DNA of 60,622 nt from contig JBCCYM010000004.1 of assembly GCA_039190005.1 (NCBI GenBank), forward strand, positions 1 through 60,622, given 5' to 3'. Each line of letters opens with the position of its first letter. Positions within the stretch are counted from its first letter, which is position 1. This stretch comes from Pseudomonadota bacterium. GTDB taxonomy: Bacteria > Pseudomonadota > Gammaproteobacteria > UBA12402. The position numbers and the translations under genes were made by a program. Shown here one piece after another: positions 9,830 to 20,482 of this stretch. The notes beneath the pieces were generated by a model. That model saw only the letters and a list, made by a program, of their open reading frames with translations. It did no database searches and was not told where the DNA came from.

Positions 9830-10432
9830 CTAAATTTCTTCCCGACCAGAAAAAGCGTGCGCTAAGGTACCACCATCAACATATTCCAACTCACTGCCTA
9901 AAGGCACACCATGAGCGATGCGGGTAATTTTAATGGGAAAATCCTGTAACATACTGCTGATATAATGCGCTGTCGCCTCGCCTTCAACAGTTGGATTGGT
10001 GGCGACAATAATTTCTTTGATAGGTTCATTTTCATCAGCGGCAATATGTTTCAGACGATCCAAACCAAGATCTTGCGGACCAATGCCATCCAAAGGCGAT
10101 AAATGTCCCATCAGCACAAAATAACGACCATTATAGCTCGCGGTTTGTTCAATCGCCAAAACATCCGCGGGTGACTCAACCACGCATAACACTTGTTTAT
10201 CACGTTTATCACTGACGCAGAGTTTACAATAATCACTTTCACTGAACGTACGACAGAACTGGCAATGCCCGACTGATTTCATTGCCTGACTCATGGTTTC
10301 AGCCAGTTTTAAAGCACCGGTGCGGTTGCGTTGTAATAAAAAAAATGCCATGCGCTGCGCGGATTTATTACCAACCCCAGGTAATAAACGTAGCGCTTGA
10401 ATGAGCTCATCAAGTAATGGGCTAAATGCCAT
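9830..10432 (-). CDS. recR: Recombination mediator RecR
   Basis: [12 protein letters not shown]4 zinc finger, [18 protein letters not shown]. Confidence 0.97.
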   Translation of the reverse strand: MAFSPLLDELIQALRLLPGVGNKSAQRMAFFLLQRNRTGALKLAETMSQAMKSVGHCQFCRTFSESDYCKLCVSDKRDKQVLCVVESPADVLAIEQTASYNGRYFVLMGHLSPLDGIGPQDLGLDRLKHIAADENEPIKEIIVATNPTVEGEATAHYISSMLQDFPIKITRIAHGVPLGSELEYVDGGTLAHAFSGREEI

Positions 10433-10439
10433 GGTGTAA

Positions 10440-10781
10440 TTATTTAATAAAGTTATCGAAACCGGGCGGTAGATCTAACTCTTTGGCGACATCGGCCATC
10501 TTATCCTTTGAAGCCTGTTTAAGATTATCAGCGGCGTTGTTAACCGCGCTGGCGATAAGATCCTGAATCATTTCTTTATCTTGTTCTTGCCATAAACTGT
10601 CATCAATGTTGACCGTGGTCAGATGATAGGCGCCATCCATCGTCACTTCCACCAAGGGTTTTGCGGTCACCGGCGCTTTCCCAGTGACGGTAATTGAACG
10701 GGTAGCTTCCTTAGCCTCGCTCATTTTTTCCTGCACCGCGCGTGCTTTCTCCATTAATTCATTAAAGTTTGGAATATTCAT
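10440..10781 (-). CDS. ybaB: YbaB/EbfC nucleoid-associated protein
   Basis: [26 protein letters not shown]; lies between dnaX and recR. Confidence 0.9.
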   Translation of the reverse strand: MNIPNFNELMEKARAVQEKMSEAKEATRSITVTGKAPVTAKPLVEVTMDGAYHLTTVNIDDSLWQEQDKEMIQDLIASAVNNAADNLKQASKDKMADVAKELDLPPGFDNFIK

Positions 10782-10849
10782 GTTAACCTATACTGTCTTA
10801 TTAGTTACCCAGAAAATCATAACCCACAATATCAACAAAAACAAGTATT

Positions 10850-12430
10850 CTAGCGCTCTTGACCGGGCACAGTTACCTGCTGCACGGCCGCGCCAAATGT
10901 TGAGACTAAATCCTGTACCTGTTTGTCCTGACTAATGGCATGGTAAGCTTGCTCCTGACGTTCATTAGCTTGTTGCTGTTTTATTTGCGCCGGCGTCGTT
11001 GCCTCAAATTTTTCAACATCAATGCTAAGTTTCATTGATTTATTAAAATACTTATTCACCGCCTGGTTTAATTTCTGCTGTTGTCCAGCGCTGAGTAAGG
11101 CCGCGTGCTGCGGTGCCAGAGACAATTGCATCATCTGCTCATCCTGTTTTTTTACCACACAATTACAGGCTAAGGCATGGGTTAAGCCAGTCAATTGCAG
11201 CTGATCAACAATCTCCGACCACGCTGTCGCTTTTGTCGACGCCTTGGCAATAGCTTGATTGGACTGGGCTGGCGCTTGTGTCGCCGAGTTTAATTTAGTG
11301 TTATCCGGCACAGCTTGTTGCGTCACTGCCGGTGACTTTTTTGCCCCAACTGCCATTGTTGCCGGTTGAAAAGCCAACATACGCAACATGACCATTTCAA
11401 AACCGGCTTGCGGATCGACCGCGTAAGCTAAATCACGTTTACCAATCAAAGCAATCTGATAATAAAGCTGAATATCTTCACGAGAGAACTGTTGCGGATC
11501 AAGATCAGCGAGGTGATCATGGCGATAAGTATCCGGCACGGCCTGCGCTAAGGCTAAATGATGTAACAAACTCAGCAATTCATCGAGTACTTGATAAAAA
11601 TCAGGCGATTGCTCGGCTAATCCGCGCACAACCGCTAATAATTGATGCCCGTCCTTAGCGGCTAAAGCTAGCATCATCTCACCGAGATAATGCTGCTCAA
11701 TATTGCCCAACATCGCGGCGATTTCCTGGCTGGTTAATACACCATCGGCAAAGGCAATGGCTTGATCAAGTAAACTCAAGGCATCACGCATACTGCCTTT
11801 AGCAGCTAAAGCTAACTGTGATAATGCCGCGTCTTCAAAGTCAATTTTTTCCTGTTGCAAAATATGCTTTAATTGCTGCGTGATCAGTGTTGGCGATAAG
11901 CTTTTCAAATGGAATTGCAAACAGCGTGATAATACAGTCACTGGCAGTTTCTGTGGGTCAGTCGTTGCCAGTAAAAATTTTACATGTTGCGGCGGTTCTT
12001 CCAATGTTTTTAATAAGGCGTTAAAACTATGACCGGATAACATGTGCACCTCGTCAATGAGGTAAATTTTAAATCGACCACGCGTGGGTAGATATTGGAC
12101 ATTATCAAGCAGTTCTCGTGTGTCTTCAACTTTAGTGCGCGATGCCGCGTCAACTTCAATTAAATCAACAAAACAACCCTTGTTAATTTCGACACAAGTC
12201 TGACACTGATCACACGGTTCGGCACTAATACCCTGCTCGCAATTTAAACATTTTGCCAGAATACGGGCAATGGTTGTTTTACCAACGCCACGGGTGCCGC
12301 TGAATAAATAAGCATGATGTAAACGCTGTTGCTTCAGCGCGTTAACCAGCGCGCGCAAAACATGCGTTTGACCAACCATCTGATCAAATGTGCGAGGTCG
12401 CCAACGACGTGCTAATACTTGATGAGTCAT
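10850..12430 (-). CDS. dnaX: DNA polymerase III subunit gamma/tau
   Basis: LARRWRP, GTRGVGKTT, DEVHML, VLSRC; C-terminal tau domain. Confidence 0.97.
   Translation of the reverse strand: MTHQVLARRWRPRTFDQMVGQTHVLRALVNALKQQRLHHAYLFSGTRGVGKTTIARILAKCLNCEQGISAEPCDQCQTCVEINKGCFVDLIEVDAASRTKVEDTRELLDNVQYLPTRGRFKIYLIDEVHMLSGHSFNALLKTLEEPPQHVKFLLATTDPQKLPVTVLSRCLQFHLKSLSPTLITQQLKHILQQEKIDFEDAALSQLALAAKGSMRDALSLLDQAIAFADGVLTSQEIAAMLGNIEQHYLGEMMLALAAKDGHQLLAVVRGLAEQSPDFYQVLDELLSLLHHLALAQAVPDTYRHDHLADLDPQQFSREDIQLYYQIALIGKRDLAYAVDPQAGFEMVMLRMLAFQPATMAVGAKKSPAVTQQAVPDNTKLNSATQAPAQSNQAIAKASTKATAWSEIVDQLQLTGLTHALACNCVVKKQDEQMMQLSLAPQHAALLSAGQQQKLNQAVNKYFNKSMKLSIDVEKFEATTPAQIKQQQANERQEQAYHAISQDKQVQDLVSTFGAAVQQVTVPGQER
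11301..11342 (-). other. Candidate programmed -1 ribosomal frameshift cassette in dnaX
   Basis: In-frame A-AAA-AAG (11342-11336), then a CCGGCA..TGCCGG stem 3 nt later and a -1-frame TAA at 11303-11301. Confidence 0.6.
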
Positions 12431-12449
12431 ATTTCTATTCTAAATCGGT

Positions 12450-12558
12450 GGGGTCAAATTAGCCGAGCCTCAGCACACAATACCAAAGATACCGTTGCTT
12501 CCTTCCGGACCTGGCGGGGTTTTCAATGAATTGTTGCAAGGAGACCAATCTGACCACC
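12450..12558 (-). ncRNA. ffs: Signal recognition particle 4.5S RNA
   Basis: Conserved CCAGGTCCGGAAGGAAGCA core; pairing ends GGTCAGATTGG/CTAATTTGACC; conserved position upstream of dnaX. Confidence 0.92.
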
Positions 12559-12638
12559 GTTGAATAGCATAACAAAAATTCTATGCGCTGTCACGATATG
12601 ACTGATTTAGGTAATAGTCTCAGTTTAGCACTCTTCCC

Positions 12639-12726
12639 CGTCATTCCCGCGCAGGCGGGAATCCAGGAGAAAAATGTGTATGCCTGTAGTTTTGCTCCCT
12701 GGATTCCCGCCTGCGCGGGAATGACG
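12639..12726. repeat. Intact CGTC-type REP doublet (REPIN; ATTCCC-N8-GGGAAT core)
   Basis: CGTCATTCCCGCGCAGGCGGGAATCCAGG-spacer-CCTGGATTCCCGCCTGCGCGGGAATGACG, perfect 29-bp arms. Confidence 0.9.
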
Positions 12727-12780
12727 AGGAAAATATGCAGGAATAACGGGTGATGAAAAAATCAAGATAAATTCACCCTA

Positions 12781-13776
12781 TTAATCATTAAGATCTTTAG
12801 GCGGATTGGTATGAAAAATATTTTCTTCAGATACACCATGCTGCGCGGCGATACTGCGTAATTTCCTTAGCGCTTGCATTTGCCGTTGGCGGATACTTTC
12901 ACGGGTCATGTTAAAATGTCGAGAAATTTCTTCCAAGGTTTGTTTATCTTTGCCGTTAAGACCATAACGGTACGCTAAAATATGCTGATCTTTTTCATCC
13001 AGCTTATCAATCCATTGACTCAAACTATTCATTAAATCATCATTAAGCAATTCATTTTCTGGATTATCATCCTCACCTTCAGTTAACACATCCACCAGTC
13101 TTTGATTATTTGTTTCGCCCATAGTCTGATCGGTGGAAACGGCAACCTCATTATAAGAAATGATTTTTTTCACCTCATCTAAAGGTTTATCCAGTTTGGC
13201 GGCAATTTCTTCAGGCGAAGCTTCTTTCCCTAGCTCTTTTCTAATTTGTTTACCGGCACGCAAATAAATATTCAATTCTTTAATCACATGAATCGGTAAA
13301 CGTACCGTGCGTGACTGATTCATAATAGCCCGCTCAATATTCTGACGTATCCACCAAGTCGCGTACGTTGAAAAACGAAAACCACGCTCCGGATCAAACT
13401 TCTCTATCGCGTGCATCAAACCTAAATTACCTTCGGCAATCAAATCAAGAAATTCCATGCCACGATTAATATAACTACGCGCGATTTTCACAACCAAGCG
13501 CAGATTGCGTTCAATCATTTTATGCCGTGCTTCTTCGTCGCCTTTAACAGCCAAACGGCTGACGGCTAACTCTTCTTCAACACTTAGCAATGGCGTATAA
13601 CCTATCTCACGCAGATACATTCTTGTCGCGTCAAAATCTTCCGTTTTATCCGGAACCTTACGCTCAAAACGATTATCACTACTCTGTTCATCTGCCTCAG
13701 CAACGTCAACATCATTCTGATCTATTATTGGATCTTCTAGTATCATTTCATCTTTATCTTTAGCCATAGCAATCAA
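12781..13776 (-). CDS. rpoS: RNA polymerase sigma factor RpoS (likely ATG start 13767)
   Basis: [64 protein letters not shown]; downstream of surE. Confidence 0.9.
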   Translation of the reverse strand: MIAMAKDKDEMILEDPIIDQNDVDVAEADEQSSDNRFERKVPDKTEDFDATRMYLREIGYTPLLSVEEELAVSRLAVKGDEEARHKMIERNLRLVVKIARSYINRGMEFLDLIAEGNLGLMHAIEKFDPERGFRFSTYATWWIRQNIERAIMNQSRTVRLPIHVIKELNIYLRAGKQIRKELGKEASPEEIAAKLDKPLDEVKKIISYNEVAVSTDQTMGETNNQRLVDVLTEGEDDNPENELLNDDLMNSLSQWIDKLDEKDQHILAYRYGLNGKDKQTLEEISRHFNMTRESIRQRQMQALRKLRSIAAQHGVSEENIFHTNPPKDLND

Positions 13777-13777
13777 C

Positions 13778-14524
13778 CTACTTTATTGTATCGATCCAGT
13801 CATGCAAACGATCAAAACCATCATAATCGGTCCAATCCATGCGGAAAGGTGTCACCGAAACTCTATTACTGCGCACCGCGAAAAAATCACTGCCCTCATT
13901 GATATCACGGGCATCACCCGGCAAACCGATCCAGTATAGCTCGCCACCTCGAGGATCTTCTACTTTAATAGTAGGTTCAGAAGCATGTCGACGACCAAAA
14001 TAAGTCACTTCAATACCTTCTATTTTACTTAAAGGCAAATCCGGCACATTAATATTAAGAATTGTATCGCTAGGCAGTGGTTTTTCACGCATTAAGGTGA
14101 CCATCTCTTTGACGATGGCCGCCGCCGCCTGATAATGTTCAGCGGGACTGCCTAAAGAAACCGCCAAAGCCGGAAATCCCAAATAACGCCCTTCCATCGC
14201 GCCGGCAACAGTGCCGGAATACATAATATCATCACCTAAATTATAGCCTCGGTTGATCCCTGAAATCACCATATCCGGTTGCACGTCCAAGGCGCCGGTA
14301 AGCGCGAGATGCACGCAATCGGTTGGCGTGCCGTTGACCATATAATGTGAATCCGCCATTTGAGTAATACGCAGCGGTCGATCCAATGTCAATGAGTTGC
14401 TGGCGCCACTGCAGTTACGATCCGGCGCGATCACGGTGATATCGACAATGTCAGCTAATACTTCAGCCAAACATTGAATGCCCGGTGCCGTATAACCATC
14501 ATCATTACTTAGTAATATTTTCAT
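13778..14524 (-). CDS. surE: 5'/3'-nucleotidase SurE
   Basis: [42 protein letters not shown]. Confidence 0.97.
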   Translation of the reverse strand: MKILLSNDDGYTAPGIQCLAEVLADIVDITVIAPDRNCSGASNSLTLDRPLRITQMADSHYMVNGTPTDCVHLALTGALDVQPDMVISGINRGYNLGDDIMYSGTVAGAMEGRYLGFPALAVSLGSPAEHYQAAAAIVKEMVTLMREKPLPSDTILNINVPDLPLSKIEGIEVTYFGRRHASEPTIKVEDPRGGELYWIGLPGDARDINEGSDFFAVRSNRVSVTPFRMDWTDYDGFDRLHDWIDTIK

Positions 14525-14547
14525 TAGTTTTTTTATCTCTTATTCCC

Positions 14548-14601
14548 CGTCATTCCTGTGCCCCTTCGACTAGCTCAGGGACCACCTGTGCTAGAATGAC
14601 G
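14548..14601. repeat. Hybrid REP: one CCCTTCGA..CTCAGGGACC unit inside CGTCATTCC..GAATGACG arms
   Basis: CGTCATTCCTGTGC-CCCTTCGACTAGCTCAGGGACCA-CCTGTGCTAGAATGACG. Confidence 0.8.
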
Positions 14602-14666
14602 AGTGCTCTCTATATTGTATAATATTTAAATTTCTTTTGGAACAGTTATAATTATACTAACAAATA

Positions 14667-15200
14667 TCATTTAAAATCAAACTGTCGAAGTACAATATCA
14701 AACGCCTGTTTAAACCAAGGTGTATAATTATCCGGCATGCGCGCGTAATCAGCGTTAATCTGTTCCGGTCTTAGCCAAGCATAATCGGCAACTTCTTTGT
14801 CGTTAACCACAAATTTTTGTGGTCGCCAAAAACCCAATAAGACATGATCTATCTCATTTTCAGTCAAACCATCATCAAAATGGGCGATATAATGAAAAAC
14901 ACCAATCGCTTGTAAATCAACATCGGCTATGCCCATCTCTTCATACAAACGACGCTGACCAGCCGCAATAATAGTTTCACCCGGTCGCGGATGACTACAA
15001 CAGGTATTGGTCCATAATCCGCCACAATGATATTTATCCCATTGGCGTTGTTGCAATAACAGCCGTAACGATTGCCGCGTATCATCAGCAATAAAAATAG
15101 AAAAAGCGCGATGTCGCAAACCATGCTGATGCGCTTTCAGTTTTTCTTCAGTGCCAATTAGCTGATCCTGATCATCGACTAAAATAACTTGTTCTGTCAT
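14667..15200 (-). CDS. idi: Isopentenyl-diphosphate delta-isomerase type 1
   Basis: LRHRAFSIF, LLQQR, WTNTCCSHP, EEMG, ENEIDHV, YTPWF. Confidence 0.95.
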   Translation of the reverse strand: MTEQVILVDDQDQLIGTEEKLKAHQHGLRHRAFSIFIADDTRQSLRLLLQQRQWDKYHCGGLWTNTCCSHPRPGETIIAAGQRRLYEEMGIADVDLQAIGVFHYIAHFDDGLTENEIDHVLLGFWRPQKFVVNDKEVADYAWLRPEQINADYARMPDNYTPWFKQAFDIVLRQFDFK

Positions 15201-16204
15201 AACAATTGCTCTCGATAAGGTTGTACAATTTCTAAATTTGGAAAATGAGTTTGTACGGCGTGTTTGTCTTCTTCTAAAAATAATAATTTCAGATTAGGGC
15301 CAGCATCTTGAGTAAAAAACAACGACAAGCCTTGATCACGCAACTGCCAGATTTTTTTCATCGCGTTAATTGTTTCAGCACAACTATACATAATCGATGG
15401 CGCTGCCGTCAGCATACACGCGTGCATGGCTAGCGCGTTACGCTCCGCTGTCCGCCCTAATAACTTAAAATCACGCGCGGCAATGGCCTGCCGCGTCAAC
15501 TTGAGATCATTATCTACTCTAGCTGGCCATGCCTGATAGAATTCACTTGCCATCGTTAAGCGCATGGCTTTGCCACTGCTCATTTTTTTCGGCTCGGTTT
15601 TAAATAACAATAAACCGACACATAAATCTGACCATAATGGCGCCACAGGTTGGGCGTAACAATCCATACCATCTTCACGTTCACCACACTGCCATAACAC
15701 AAAACGATGCCAAAATGAACGGCTGGCACTACCACTGCCAAGACGCGCTAAAATAGACAATGCCCTATCCGATAACTGCCAAGCAAAAAATTGATTCAAT
15801 GCCTTTACTAAGGCGGCAAAGCCACAAGCGGACGATGCCAAACCCGCGGCTATCGGCACAGTACTATGACTGTTCACCCGAAAAAAAACGTTTTTATCGC
15901 CACGAAAAAGATCAAGATAAGCACACAAGCGTCGCGCTAAACCGGTATCAGAGGCAATGACTTGGTCATTGATAATGATTTCATCACAGTTACCGGACGC
16001 TAAACTGATCCGCGTTGTCGCTCCGCGCTTGCCTAGCGATACCGATAAGCTCGAGGTGACTGGCAAATGCAAGCCTTCATTACGCTTACCCCAATATTTA
16101 ACCAAAGCGATATTACTTGGCGCGAATGCTGTCGCGCTTTCCATAGCCGGTTGAGTATTTTTATTGGCTAATAGCGTTCGCACAATGCTTTGTTTGTCTG
16201 TCAT
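15197..16204 (-). CDS. mvaD: Diphosphomevalonate decarboxylase
   Basis: APSNIALVKYWGKR, AAGLASSACGFAAL, ARLGSGSASRS, FTQDAGPNLKL. Confidence 0.95.
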   Translation of the reverse strand: MTDKQSIVRTLLANKNTQPAMESATAFAPSNIALVKYWGKRNEGLHLPVTSSLSVSLGKRGATTRISLASGNCDEIIINDQVIASDTGLARRLCAYLDLFRGDKNVFFRVNSHSTVPIAAGLASSACGFAALVKALNQFFAWQLSDRALSILARLGSGSASRSFWHRFVLWQCGEREDGMDCYAQPVAPLWSDLCVGLLLFKTEPKKMSSGKAMRLTMASEFYQAWPARVDNDLKLTRQAIAARDFKLLGRTAERNALAMHACMLTAAPSIMYSCAETINAMKKIWQLRDQGLSLFFTQDAGPNLKLLFLEEDKHAVQTHFPNLEIVQPYREQLL

Positions 16205-17193
16205 AGATAACGCACACCTTGTTTTTCTACACGCACGTCAATTTGCCTCACGCCCGCGTTTTTTTGTGCTGTATTGACGGGAAAATAATTGTCCGGCAAT
16301 TTTCCCAAAGTAATAAAACAATCACCCAAGCCGGCGCCAGAAAGTTTAGCGGCTAGTATACCCGGCATTTGACGCAATTGTAATAACAAACCATCAAGCC
16401 AAGCGTTACTCAGTGCCAGCTTTTCCATTAAAGCTTGTTGCGCGCCCATCTGCTCAGCTAAACTGTGCCAATCTCGCGCTATCATTGCTGACCAGGCTTT
16501 TTCAACCAGCGTCGCAATTTGCGTATACATGGCATCATAGCGTTCAGGATATTTTTTTGCCTCATCCGCCAGTTTTTTTACCACATCCGCTGTCGGCGTT
16601 TTACTACCGGAATACAATAAACTCAGTTCTGGAAAATGTTCCGCTTGTTTAATTGATAATGACCGCGGATGATAATAAATCATACCACCAAACACACTGG
16701 CAGCAACATCCGCGCCCGAACCCATACCCTGCACCCGTCGCACCACTGTTCTCGCTTGTTCTAATAAGGCAATGGGCGTGATTGTTCTAGCCAATAAGCG
16801 ATTGATTGCCGCCATCATCGCGACAGTGACCGCCGCCGATGAACCCAGCCCAAGATTATGGGCAAATTCTGTGCGAATACTTAGATCAAATCCATTACTA
16901 AGCTGCGCTTTAAAAAATTCAATTGACGCTAACACAAAAGAAAATGGCGCGGCAATGCTTATGGTATCGAGATCGGTATGATACTTACCCAGTTGATCTG
17001 AATAAATATTTATTTCTCTGTCTTTACGCGGTGATAATTCAACATTGATCACACAATCAAGCGCGCAGACAATCGCCGGATGGCCATAGACAACCGCGTG
17101 TTCACCCATGAGCATGGCACTACCCGGTGCCGATGTTTTAATGACTGGCTCAGGCAACACGCAACCCTTGATGTTCAGCGATAACCGGCTCAA
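16201..17193 (-). CDS. GHMP kinase, probable phosphomevalonate kinase (true start probably near 17157-17160)
   Basis: SAPGSAMLMGEHAV, GLGSSAA, GSGADVAASVFGG, KLSGAGLGDC; position between mvk and mvaD. Confidence 0.8.
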   Translation of the reverse strand: MSRLSLNIKGCVLPEPVIKTSAPGSAMLMGEHAVVYGHPAIVCALDCVINVELSPRKDREINIYSDQLGKYHTDLDTISIAAPFSFVLASIEFFKAQLSNGFDLSIRTEFAHNLGLGSSAAVTVAMMAAINRLLARTITPIALLEQARTVVRRVQGMGSGADVAASVFGGMIYYHPRSLSIKQAEHFPELSLLYSGSKTPTADVVKKLADEAKKYPERYDAMYTQIATLVEKAWSAMIARDWHSLAEQMGAQQALMEKLALSNAWLDGLLLQLRQMPGILAAKLSGAGLGDCFITLGKLPDNYFPVNTAQKNAGVRQIDVRVEKQGVRYL

Positions 17194-19381
17194 CAGTATA
17201 ATGGTAATGACGACAGACTGGCTTTATGTGATCAAGCTGATCAGTAATCACTAATACCATACCGGCATTATCGCCAACAACACTACCAGCGCCACATATC
17301 TTAGCAGCGGCACCGTGTTGCTCTAAATCCTGAATAAATTGTTGCACTTTTTGTGGCACCACCTCAATACGACAAAGCAGGCGGTGATTATGACGAATGA
17401 TCGATTGAATTTTATCAACATCATCTGAAGCCAAAAGCTGATCCAAGGCGTTGGTTGTCGCGGCAAATTCATTCCAAATAGCATCTTCAGCAAAATACTG
17501 TCTGACATGACTGACACTCTCACCGGTTGATGATCGCGGTTTGCCAGTATTCACCAAAAACATCGGCACTCGCGGTATTGGTCGCTGTTCAATGTCGCCG
17601 CCATTCACATACACACAACCGCCATAAAGTGATACGTTTAAATCAATCCCACTGCTGTTACCATGCTGTAGATTTTCAATTTCATGGCTCATTTTCAAAT
17701 ACATGTCACTATCAACATGATGACCATAATATTCATTGATTGCTTTTAACACACTTAAAGACACGGCCGCCGATGAACCCATGCCACAACCGACAGGAAT
17801 ATTCGATTGTGTCGACACTTTGATACCCTGTGGCGGCTGTTGTAAATGCGCCATTAAATGCGCTGTGGCAAACTGAACTAATTGCACCGGTTGTTTGATC
17901 ACATCTTGAATGGTACATTCCTGATTTAAAAATTTATGGTACTTACGTTTTATACTCGATTTTAAATCTTTTAAAGCTTGTTTGGTTAAAGACTTGTGGT
18001 AGTGTAAATCAAGCAAATCGAAATCAACCTTATCATTCTCACTATCAGCGACAACCGTTGTTTCAGCGTAACGATTCACCGCCAAAGCAATTGCCGGCTT
18101 ACCGTAAACAACCGCGTGCTCACCGGATAAAATGATTTTACCAGGAGAAATCGCCCGACTCAGTGCCGGTGTCGTGATAGGGACAGGACGCGACGCATCT
18201 GCTGCACTGCTGTCATTGCGTTCATAAAGCCGTTTGTGATTTTCAATCCCCGCCAAACGGTAGTTACCGGTATTGTATTGTGGCAACTGAAAAGCACTGC
18301 CATCACGCGGTAATTGACTGGTGAAAAATTTTTCATAGTCTTCAATGCTCAATGCCTGACGCTGCTCAATCAACTGTTGATGATAAGACTTATCCAGATA
18401 TTGCTGATAACCTGCTTGTATCACACCGCTAAAATATTCCGCCACGCAACCGGAACCATAGCTGTATAAGCCGATACGTTGATGACTTAAATCATCCGCA
18501 CTGTTTTCCAATAGTGAAATCAAGCCAATATATAACGACGCGGTATACGTGTTGCCAATCTCCCGACCATAACGCAAACCATCAGCTGTTTGCGCGGCGA
18601 CTTGTTGATCATCCAACGGCAATGATTCATAGCGCGCCAATTCTTTATGCGCTTTCTCAACCAAACGCGGCACCGGCGCGTGATAAAGAAACCCACTAAA
18701 ATCATTAAAACCATGTCCGGAATTTTCCTTATAATGTTGCCATGATTGCTTGAGTGCCTGTAAATACATTTTCGCTGAATATTTTCCTTCCACCAATGCC
18801 TCGCGGCGGTAATTTGGTCGCCAGAAATCCATAATGTCATTGGTATACAACCCATAATGCGGTTCTATCGCCAGTAATCTTGGTTGCGCGCTGATTAACA
18901 TGGCAACCGCGCCACCACCTTGTGACGGTTCACCGGAACTGCATAAGCCGTAACGGGCAATATCCGCGGCAATAATCAAAACATTTTTATCCGGACGACG
19001 CTGCACCATCGCGCAGGCCATCTGCAAAGCTTGTGTGGCGCTATAACAGGCTTGTTTCAGTTCAACAACACGACAGCGTTGCGGCAAATTGAGCAGACCA
19101 TGCACATAAATACCCGCTGATTTTGATTGATCGATACCACTCTCAGTAGCAAATAATAGCGTATCAATACTGTCACAATCGACATCGCGCAATAGTCGTT
19201 CGGCGGCATTCGCCGCCATGGTGACCACATCTTCATCCGGCGCCGGCACCGACATACGATGCTGCCCCAAACCAATAAGAAATTTATCCGGATTAACACC
19301 GCGATGCGCTGCCAGCATTGATAAACTCAAAACATAATGTGGGGTATAAAAACCGATTTTATCAATACCAACTGTCGTCAT
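17150..19381 (-). CDS. Fused HMG-CoA synthase (N-terminal) and mevalonate kinase (C-terminal)
   Basis: HMGS: ATESGIDQSK, ELKQACYSAT (catalytic Cys), DFWRP, GNTYTASLY, SYGSG. Low-complexity linker DSSAADASRPVPITTP. MVK: PGKIILSGEHAVVYG, PVGCGMGSSAA, KICGAG. One uninterrupted ORF. Confidence 0.9.
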   Translation of the reverse strand: MTTVGIDKIGFYTPHYVLSLSMLAAHRGVNPDKFLIGLGQHRMSVPAPDEDVVTMAANAAERLLRDVDCDSIDTLLFATESGIDQSKSAGIYVHGLLNLPQRCRVVELKQACYSATQALQMACAMVQRRPDKNVLIIAADIARYGLCSSGEPSQGGGAVAMLISAQPRLLAIEPHYGLYTNDIMDFWRPNYRREALVEGKYSAKMYLQALKQSWQHYKENSGHGFNDFSGFLYHAPVPRLVEKAHKELARYESLPLDDQQVAAQTADGLRYGREIGNTYTASLYIGLISLLENSADDLSHQRIGLYSYGSGCVAEYFSGVIQAGYQQYLDKSYHQQLIEQRQALSIEDYEKFFTSQLPRDGSAFQLPQYNTGNYRLAGIENHKRLYERNDSSAADASRPVPITTPALSRAISPGKIILSGEHAVVYGKPAIALAVNRYAETTVVADSENDKVDFDLLDLHYHKSLTKQALKDLKSSIKRKYHKFLNQECTIQDVIKQPVQLVQFATAHLMAHLQQPPQGIKVSTQSNIPVGCGMGSSAAVSLSVLKAINEYYGHHVDSDMYLKMSHEIENLQHGNSSGIDLNVSLYGGCVYVNGGDIEQRPIPRVPMFLVNTGKPRSSTGESVSHVRQYFAEDAIWNEFAATTNALDQLLASDDVDKIQSIIRHNHRLLCRIEVVPQKVQQFIQDLEQHGAAAKICGAGSVVGDNAGMVLVITDQLDHIKPVCRHYHYTVEPVIAEHQGLRVA

Positions 19382-19382
19382 A

Positions 19383-20423
19383 TTACCTGTTCCGACGTTC
19401 AAATAACTGATGCGCTCGCATCAACTCATCAGGATTTGTTAAGGCGGCTAATAGAGATAACTCGCCACATAATACCGTGGCCGCAATAATTTCAGCCAAG
19501 CGCCGCGCGTTTAAACCTGGCTCGGTTGATGCTAGACAACCTAACTGTTCAAGATTATCTTTAACAAACCCAATCATTTTACCATGACCGACTGTCCCGA
19601 CAATAAGATTGGGAATTGTGACTGAAAAATAGAGACCTTGATCATCACATTGGGCGTGAGTAATCCCCTGTGAGCCTTCAACAATATTGGCGCCATCCTG
19701 ACCCGTCGCTAAATACATCGCCAACAATATATTAGCAAAATGCGCGTTCGCACTTTGAAGACTACCAGCCGCTATAGAACCAATTAAATTCTTTTTGATG
19801 TGCAAGTCAACCAAGCGCGCCGGCGTTGTATTCAACACTTGCTGACAAATATTCTCGGAGATATTGATTTCAGCAATCATATATTTACCGCGACCGAGTA
19901 TCGCGTTAACCGCGCTCACTTTTTTATCAACACAGTAATTACCACTGATAGAAACATAACGTAAATCAGCAAATACCGACAGCAAATAATTCTGAATGTG
20001 TTCGGCGGCAAATGTCACCATATTGTGACCGGAGGCGTCACCGGTAGTAAATGATAAACGCAGATAAATTGTTTTGCCGATAATGTGATGCTGTATGGCT
20101 TGTAACTTAGCGAATCGACTGCCTTGACTGACAATACCCGCTAACTTATCATAATGATTCACTTCGATGGATCGCGCGATTTCAACCGCTTGCTTAGCCG
20201 ATGGCGCTTCTAAGCTAATTGAACGCGTCATACAGTCACTGACCATGCTGACCGCAATTCCTCCGGCTAAACAAGAAACCTTGGCGCCACGTGCCGTTGA
20301 CGGCCAGAGTGTGGTTTCATAAGTCGCTAAAGGCACGTTAATTTGTTCGTCGTCAATGATCTCGGACCGTACTCTTACCGGGCCGATAAACCGCATCGGA
20401 ATGGCAGCGACTTGATTATTCAT
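19383..20423 (-). CDS. hmgR: HMG-CoA reductase, short class I bacterial type
   Basis: VPLATYE, TGDASGHNM, SGNYCVDKK, ATGQD, GELSLLA and LMRAH motifs. Confidence 0.92.
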   Translation of the reverse strand: MNNQVAAIPMRFIGPVRVRSEIIDDEQINVPLATYETTLWPSTARGAKVSCLAGGIAVSMVSDCMTRSISLEAPSAKQAVEIARSIEVNHYDKLAGIVSQGSRFAKLQAIQHHIIGKTIYLRLSFTTGDASGHNMVTFAAEHIQNYLLSVFADLRYVSISGNYCVDKKVSAVNAILGRGKYMIAEINISENICQQVLNTTPARLVDLHIKKNLIGSIAAGSLQSANAHFANILLAMYLATGQDGANIVEGSQGITHAQCDDQGLYFSVTIPNLIVGTVGHGKMIGFVKDNLEQLGCLASTEPGLNARRLAEIIAATVLCGELSLLAALTNPDELMRAHQLFERRNR

Positions 20424-20482
20424 GATAGGCTAAAATTATTCGATATAACTAGCAGTAGTATATCATGAAATCGGCATAAAAG

